A DNA stretch of 60,036 bases, filler included, from Platydemus manokwari (taxonomy: Eukaryota): the NCBI GenBank assembly GCA_037951405.1. It is 6 parts of 6 records of this genome, joined end to end, with 100 filler letters (N's around TTAATTAATTAA, not from the genome) between each part and the next. Parts side by side here need not be neighbours in the genome. Positions count along the whole stretch, not along the records: positions 50,451 to 60,036 come from JBBMOY011228765.1; 5 more parts are not named here. One strand, given 5' to 3'. The notes below the pieces were generated by a model that ran no database searches, was not told the origin of the DNA, and saw nothing but the letters and a program-made list of their open reading frames with translations. Of this stretch, positions 52,131-60,036 are shown one piece after another (positions within the stretch are counted from its first letter, which is position 1; every line of letters begins with the position of its first letter). The position numbers and the translations under genes are program-made.

Positions 52131-55100
52131 ATGTTTAATCATTGCTCTAAATTGGATAATTCTAAGTTTAATACTAATGAAACCACGCGTTTTAATGAGT
52201 ATTTTAAAATTTTTATAATTTCACTAAATTATACCCTAAATAGGATTAAAACCAATGTACAAACAGGCAAGAAAGATAATAAAGAATTTATCTTTATCGT
52301 TAAACAATTGAAAAAGTTTAATCATCTGATCACTGAGTCTTCGTTTGTAAATACTTACGACAATGGAGTTAATTCACTTAACTCAAAGAATAATGTTACC
52401 GATATACGGGCAAAATTAAACTTTGCAAACCCTTTTTTAAAAAAAGATGAAAATTCAAATAAATTTAAAAATCTGATTAACACCATTGTCAAAATTGATG
52501 ATAAAGATAATGATACCGATTCGTGTATGATCGATAATAAATCTTTAATAAAAGATAATACGAACAAACCTTTTTATATCCCTCCTGATGGTGATAAGAA
52601 AGTAGGAGTTCCTGGTCAAAACGCTACTGGTCCGAATGATGAAAAATTGGACTCGAAACGAGGAGAAATAGATGCAAAAAAGGCATTCCCTCGGCTCCAA
52701 AACATAAAAATAAACGTGAAGTGTGATCGAAAAAACTTGGCTCCTCAACTAAAAGCAATACTGGTGATTAGATTCGTAAGAAAGGTCGCAAAAATAAACC
52801 GAAAAAGATTGATCCACCCAGTTCTGAGAAACATTAAGAAACGACATAGACATTTCCACCTGCTAATGTTCCTAATGCTGGCAATGGATTAAAACCTAAA
52901 GTTTGCCCAATTAATAAAATTGAGCTGAATTTCATTAAATCGATCCTGATTGATAAATGGAATCTAATTAAAGGTTCCAAAAAACAGACCCCTGCCTCTA
53001 GATTCGAACGCGTCACCAAACTGCTAGATAATAATGAAGTTAATAATAAGATCAGATGTATAACGCCACAGTGCTCAAGGGTCTTCATGAGACTGTTGAA
53101 AATATACTCCTAGAATAGCGTAACGACATTTCGGTTGATCATAAAAAATCGATGATTTCCGTTTATGAAGATGGATGGAAGCTGAGTTTGTCAATTGCAA
53201 ATTGAGAATCAGGGAATATATGAGTTAACCCATTAATGAGTTGATGGCCCTGAAGACTCAGAAACTTGGCAAACTAATTGAATGACACCCATAGTTTTTT
53301 AAACCACGTAGAAGACGACACTGAGATGAACAATTTCCTGGAGAATCTGATAAAAGATCATGATTTCTCAACTGAAATAATATATTTGAACTCTCGGTTC
53401 TTGACCAGTTCTGACTCAGTTACTCAGAAATTAAATACATCGGTTCCGGATATGATATGGGATCTTGGATCTATAAACTTAAGCCCCCCAGCTCAAACTG
53501 ATCAAAAGGCCAAAGCATTTTGGAAATGCAAAATGTGACGAATATGGTTATGGGGATAATTTTCCATATGAACTGTTGTTTCCTATCCAACTTGATTTCC
53601 AATGCTGATTATAGTGAAGATCTTTGGAATATGAGCATATATGAGGATGCGTGCGTTCTCCTTATGGAAGATTTTACCCCTAATAACTCCTTCGATAAAA
53701 TTGATGAGATCATCAATCTGTTTCCAGCCAACTCGTGGCTGACACTTAAACTGAATAAGATGCGAAATTGTCTTACAAAATTGTCATTAGATGAAAGGTC
53801 ATTAAGACCTTTAATCTAGGTGGTGAACACATAAATGAGCGGTACAATGTATTCATCACAGATTATTTATCAGCTAGTGAGGATAAAACAGATAAATTAA
53901 ACAAATTATTAGATATTAATGACAAAATTGATAAAATGTCAGCCCATAATGGCTGCTGTAAACTCAACAAAGAGCTGAATGCTCTGAAAGAAGCACTCAG
54001 TCACTTTGTGAGTCTATTGGTCAAAAACCATAATACCCTACTCCTCGACATGGCTAATCCATTAACTTTAAACCACAAAGTTGAGGAACAGGTAAGTGAA
54101 ATTATTAGATTTCTATATGGTAACACGCCACTTGAAGATGCTTTCCCGATCGTCCCGACTGTGTCGAAGAAAAAAGGAGGTATTTTTCCAAATTATACTC
54201 CGATCTTCTCAGCAGTTGGTAAACTGAAAGATCAGGACGGTCAGGATACGACCGCAAAAGAAACGGAATCGGCTTCGATCCCTTGCTAACCCCAAGAAAC
54301 TTGAAGGGAGGTGGCTGCACTAAAAATTTATACTTCTATTGATCTCACAAGTGCATATCACAGCTTCAGAGATCTTATATCTCCTCAGACACCTACTGAT
54401 CTAATAAAGTTCGACCCTCGTGCCTGGTTCGATGATCTAGATATCACTAGGGTACTGGAGACATTATTGAGTTATTATTGACTTTATACCACTTATTGTG
54501 ATGTCTGAATTACTACATGACTGTCACCAGCTATATGATATTCAATCACATCATCAAAATGTTTCAAAGCTTTTCTTGCAGTTAATATCTATAATTGTCA
54601 TTGGATTTTATTTATCTTTGATAAGATATCTAAAACCAATTACCTATCAGAGGTGTATTCAGACTGAGTAAATCCAAACTCAAATGTCTTAAAATTCACT
54701 CTTTTTTGAGCACTTGTTTCGATACCAATCATCAAATTTGTCATGATCAACCATACTCATTATGGTACCAGGACAATGACGTTTATTGTGGACCACTGAT
54801 ATGTATTTATGCAATACAATTATCAAGGGACTTAAGTCCATCGGATAGAACTATATCAATAGGCTACATCCTAAAATTAGCTCAATAGTCGGAATATGTT
54901 CAGTAATTATACTGAGATTAATTCATTAATAACACTATGCGGTGGTGGCTACGCTGATTGAATGACTTCCTAAAATTCTTGTTTGCTGACCAGAAAGCTG
55001 TAATAGTCCTTGATTACACTCTATTATGTAATTTACTAATAGAAAATATGGAGTTCGTTTATGATCGCGTTGAATTAGTTCGATTTCGCAACGTAGCATA

Positions 55101-57600
55101 TTTGTGCAACGTTGTTGAGATTAGTGATATCCTATACGTGTTCATTTACCTCAACTCGACAAAGACAGTCTCAATCATCAACATCAACCCGTGTTCATAT
55201 AGTGAGACCATTGAAAACACTCGATCCTCCTTGGAAAGATTTATGAGATGTTTTTTCTTACATGCGGTGAGCGAATCCATCTTCGATTTCAAATAATGGT
55301 CATCCCTCACAAAGTATTTAGTTACGCTTGTTACAAGAACTATGGAATGTGTGTCTCTGATCCTAAGTAAAATTGGGTCCAAAAATGCCATCTTTAGTCC
55401 CACCCTGTAGGATAGATTTTGCAATTCTAATCGGTACAGGGTCAAAAACAACATAAGTCACGTTAATAGTAGAATATCACTCAAGGATATAATACAATTC
55501 TTCTCCTCGTAGAACTCGATATAAAGGATAACAGTGATTGATCCTGTAGCGATCAGAGCTCTGATTGATAGCAATTGCAATTACCTCTCTGAGCAATTAG
55601 AGCAAAATTCAACTGGTTTATGTTATTTTTTGCCTAATAATTCCTCTCAGGTACCACATAGTTCTCCTAATCATAGATTTCGTAGCTAGAGAATTCTAAG
55701 TCCTAAATCCAAGTACCTCATTTAGAAACCAAGATTTATCAGTTTTATTGAAAAACATCACTGATAAATTGGTGAACTATAGGTACAAAACAGATCGCGA
55801 CTTTTGTCAAGGACACTGTCCGTATGATTTATATGGCTTAGGACTATTTAACAACGTACTAAGCTGCGCATATATTAACAATTATTGCTTGAATTTGCGC
55901 CTCACTGAAATAAATCTAAAAAGTTTTTGCGATATAATTATTCCATTCACTTCTCTGAAACAGGAAATTCCTACAGTTATTAATAATCAAGAGATTGTAA
56001 TAACTAAAGTGAAATCGTTTCTAACAAAATGTGTTCGGAAATGTCGATATGTTATCTCCATGTGCGAGAATCTTGATGTTAATGAAATGAACAAATTGAT
56101 ACTGTCAAATATTCCTGTGAAACCAGCAGTGATTAGCTCGAGACCTAAACCATACCTTGGTATTATGAAAGCTTACAAATTGCCTGTAGATATTAAACTT
56201 CAATCACTATTCAAATGACTGTTGAGAAAATTATCAAACAGGAATGTTATATCACAAGCGGACGTAGTACAGAGGCGATCCACTCAACTTATGCCAATGA
56301 ACCGTTTAAAAGAGTTCCCGTTGACATCATTAATCTTTGTAAAAGTAGTGATATCACACTAGTACTCGATTCGATAACCTCAACTCACGTCAAGGCTAAA
56401 TTAAAAAGTCTCAATAACTGCACACCAAAGCCTGATATTGTGAACTACTCACTTCTAAAAACACTAGACCCTAAAGGAGAATTGTTGGCTGATCTTTTTA
56501 ACAAGATTATTAATGCCAAAAAAATTCCGATGGCTGGAGGCAGTTTAGAATCTCGTTGATACCAAACCCTTATAGAATTGATTACAGATCGATCAATAGT
56601 TGGAGACCCATTGCTCTTTCAAACTCAAGCTACAAAGTGTTTACAGGCATTTTGGCTGATCGTTTGCTAGGCTGGGTTAGACAGATTAACATATTGAGCC
56701 CTGGGACTTATGCTAAAGATAATGGAAAGGTACGGTATTAGAGATAATTGTGATGGGTTCTTTGGGATTAGACTCTGAAAAAACACTTAATGTGTTAAAT
56801 GTCATCGGACTATCAGACGTCAAAATCAAGATTCTAGGACGATTATTATCGACCTCAAACATAAGACAATCTGCTCGGATCTGACATCACTGCCAGACTA
56901 GGATGCTTATTAACGTGAAGGAAAGGTCAAACCTACAAATTAGAGGAAATTCCCAAATTCACGGACATGGGTTAACACCATCAAGTGACTTAATTGCACA
57001 AGGTGGTTATCAAACTCACCAGGCACTGATGTAAACTCCAGTGACCGAAAAAAGTAACATCAGCGAGATACATAGCAATACGGGAGGTGTTACATCCCTC
57101 TCAGCGTTGCTCAGGCTTTTAGGTAAAAGGTACGACATTGAGTAAGATCCAGTAGCTGCCTACAATATTGAAACTATATTTCAAATCTCTCGGATGTTGA
57201 TTAAAAATGTTTAAAATAAAACGGTTGTATTTCAACTTTACTATTGTTCGCCATGTGATTTAAACTCCTAGATGAACTATTTCAAATGGACTTATTGCCT
57301 CAATAGAATTTGGTAGACCGACCTTCAAAGATGAGGAACAATTGAACACAATACTGCCAAAACTGTTAGGTGGGATACATTATACGCGAGCCCATGGCAA
57401 AACAGCATATAGTTACCAGAAATCCCGAAGAATCTGACATTCCCAACTCCGAGCCTAAGGCAAAAACAGGAGTTGACGAAATGTCCAGATCTTCATCACT
57501 TTCGAGTCTTTAGACAAAACAGAAAGTGATGATTCAGAGCTGATGATTAACCAATAAACACTCAATGCTCAGGGATCCCACAAATTCAACTTCTAAGAAG
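52131..57600 (+). mobile_element. Decayed RLE-type non-LTR retrotransposon (NeSL/R2-like) with Ulp1-type protease
   Basis: Long run of fragmented + strand ORFs. Cys motifs at about 53055 and 53525; protease motifs AWFDDLDI (54422), HW (54599) and QDNDVYCG (54769). RT N-terminus at 56380-56705 reads TPKPDIVNYSLLKTLDPKGELLADLFN..IP, WRPIALSNSSYKVFTGILADRL. The RT core is missing; weak ET..RH and PDL remnants lie at 57170-57500. Confidence 0.8.
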
Positions 57601-60036
57601 ACGATCGACCAGTCTATCCGTCCATCCTTTTTTTATCTTTTTGTTTGGTTAGTCGGGGATCAGTATCCTTCCAGCTTCGGAGCTCAAACCGGAACTCAAA
57701 TATATGAAAGAACTGTTTTAAAATGTATGGAATACCTTCAAATGAAATTCAAAAATATTTAATAATCGATACAATTAAATTAATTACAATATTCGCATCA
57801 TTTCGTAAATTTATATCTAAAAGTTATTTAAAATTAACAAAGACGTATATATGGTACTGAAACTATACATTTAATTATCATAATTGGGATAAAGATATAG
57901 AAATTATATTAAATACTAATACGATTTATAACAATTTAATAAGAATTATTCTTTATATATGTATGTTTTAGATGGTTGTGTATGTTTTCAATATATAACG
58001 TTTATAAAGAATGATATTATTTTTAATGTGCGTGATTTGCTAATTTATACTTATCATCAGATAATGGCTATAAAAACATAGTATTTGATTATTAGAATAA
58101 ATTTTAATAGAGACATAGACAATTCAGGGATATATTGATTTAATGCAATTTTTGAATAATGTTTTTCTCCAATCTTCTTATTTAATTATTTTTAAAGTTA
58201 ATTTTTCCTCAATTCATCTACACTTTTATTTATGTCAAAACCATTCATAGCTATGTTTTGAACATAAAATTTATATATATTTTTCTACAATATTTAAATC
58301 TTATTTGTTTATTCCAGTGTTTCGAAGGAGACTTGAGGGTGGTTGGAAAAAAACATTTTAATTTGTAGGGTATGACCTCATTCACTGATCTCCCTTACTA
58401 GTAACAACTTATAATAAGTACTTCATGCATATACATTATACATTTATGATAAGTTTATTCTACTATATGCATCCAATCACAATAAAATTAGTGTTAAAAA
58501 ATCAGAGTGTTCCAAATTCCAAAATAGCCATTACATGATTTTCATCTTGAGCATGAAGACTACGCTATTGAAATAGTTGCTGAATGAACCTAAAGATCTC
58601 GTCAAGGTAATGAATACCCTAACCAAATTTAAATTGAATAGAGTGAAGAAACTGAGTTTGACTCGGACTATGGTGTCGTGAGGTTTGAAGTTAATTCAAT
58701 TATTATTTAGACTGTGACTTGCGATATATAGCTCAATGGGTAACTAGATTACGATGTCCTATGCTTCTATAAAAACTAGAGACAAGATAATTATTATAAA
58801 ATAATATATTTAGAAACAAAACGTAATAATAGTTGAAATAAATAACAAAAAAATAGTTCAATATCCAGCGCGTTGCCTAAGCAAGTACCCGACGAAATTC
58901 GCAGTGGACGGAGAAGCGGTCAACAATTAGAAAAGAGATTTTGGCAGATTAAAATAATAGTGTTACGATGATGTTGAACATAGGTTATTAAATATAAACG
59001 ATCTTATAATTATCAATTAAAACAATAATGGAATGATCGCGTTTAACACAACTTGTTAAATATGAATAATCTGTTTATATGAATTGCAAATGTAGTGTAT
59101 CAACGGATTATTAAACTTTTAAATGGTTAAAATGAAAATGACAATGATTAATTCAAAGCAAAATAAATGACCCTTACTCATCTCAAAGTGATTTTGCAAA
59201 ATATCCACAGCTCTTGAATAATCAATATTTTATTTCTGCTTCCTAGCGAACTCAAAATGTCATTATTTTTGAATCAATGGTTTGTCCGATTCTCTAGTGC
59301 AATAATGGTTTTCCTCTGATTCTCTTTTATTTATTTTTTTGGTTGATTTATTTTTGGGTTCTTTTGGTTGTGTCAAAATGGCCCGGTTAGCTCCCCACAA
59401 AAGGTATAAATTTGGTGGCTACTGGTAAGCGATGGGTGGGTGGTCATGTAAAAATCTGCGACTTTGAAATTTCAATATGATTTAAAAGTCTAGGTGACAC
59501 TTTTTAATGATGATATATACTTTGAAATCATATATGCACATTTCTGTTAAGAATCTATTTTATCATTATATTTTTACAAGTAATGCGTTTGTAGTTTGAA
59601 CTATAATGTTCTATAGACAGTTTTTTATTTCTTACATTTGAATTGTGATTAATAAACACCTTATTTATAGCTTCAGGTCTCCAAATAGCTATTAATTCAT
59701 AGTGGTTATACTTCAGATATCCTATTATGTTATTGTCCTGGTCCTACGATCTCAAGAATTGGTTTGAAGAAACTTCTTGTAAATTTAATTTGATATTTAC
59801 CATAATGTTATTACAATTACAATATTTATTATAATCTTATTTGAGTTTTAATTTTAATTTCAATTATTTCAATATTTCTATACATTTTTAATTTTCATGT
59901 ATTATGAATAATAAAGGTTTTCTATTGTTTGTCTATGTCTTGTCATGATTATTTGAATTGGTTTGGACTTTGTCAAATTACTACTATAATAACTTTATGG
60001 TGAATCGGATAAGACGAATAGATATGATCCTCAAAA

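Noticed and set aside
58860-58932. GC-rich patch resembling a Helitron 3' end
   Set aside because: The terminal CTAG and hairpin are not intact, so it is too weak to call.

Overview
Very AT-rich eukaryotic DNA, not prokaryotic. Introns of 46-75 nt and the transposon content suggest an invertebrate such as a freshwater planarian (inference only). The window is six unlinked contigs (1-9025, 9126-20649, 20750-29999, 30100-38988, 39089-50350, 50451-60036) joined by 100-bp N spacers carrying TTAATTAATTAA, so adjacency across spacers means nothing. Most ORF-track entries are noise. Supported genes: two tandem paralogous 62-aa secreted 8-Cys peptides whose divergence is almost entirely non-synonymous; a spliced 66-aa prohormone-like gene absent from the ORF track; four phase-1 exons that each encode a divergent Ig-like domain; a two-exon jagunal homologue; and a three-exon PEN-2 gene with a GC-AG intron. 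The rest is largely decayed mobile DNA: Polinton/Maverick-like capsid, protease and PLA2-like fragments, a RING plus 23-aa Trp-repeat pseudogene, a NeSL-like retrotransposon with a Ulp1-type protease, LINE and Penelope RT remnants, mariner, piggyBac ends, hAT and Tc1/pogo MITEs, and a 53-bp-arm hairpin. All family assignments come from motif recognition by eye; no database search was run.
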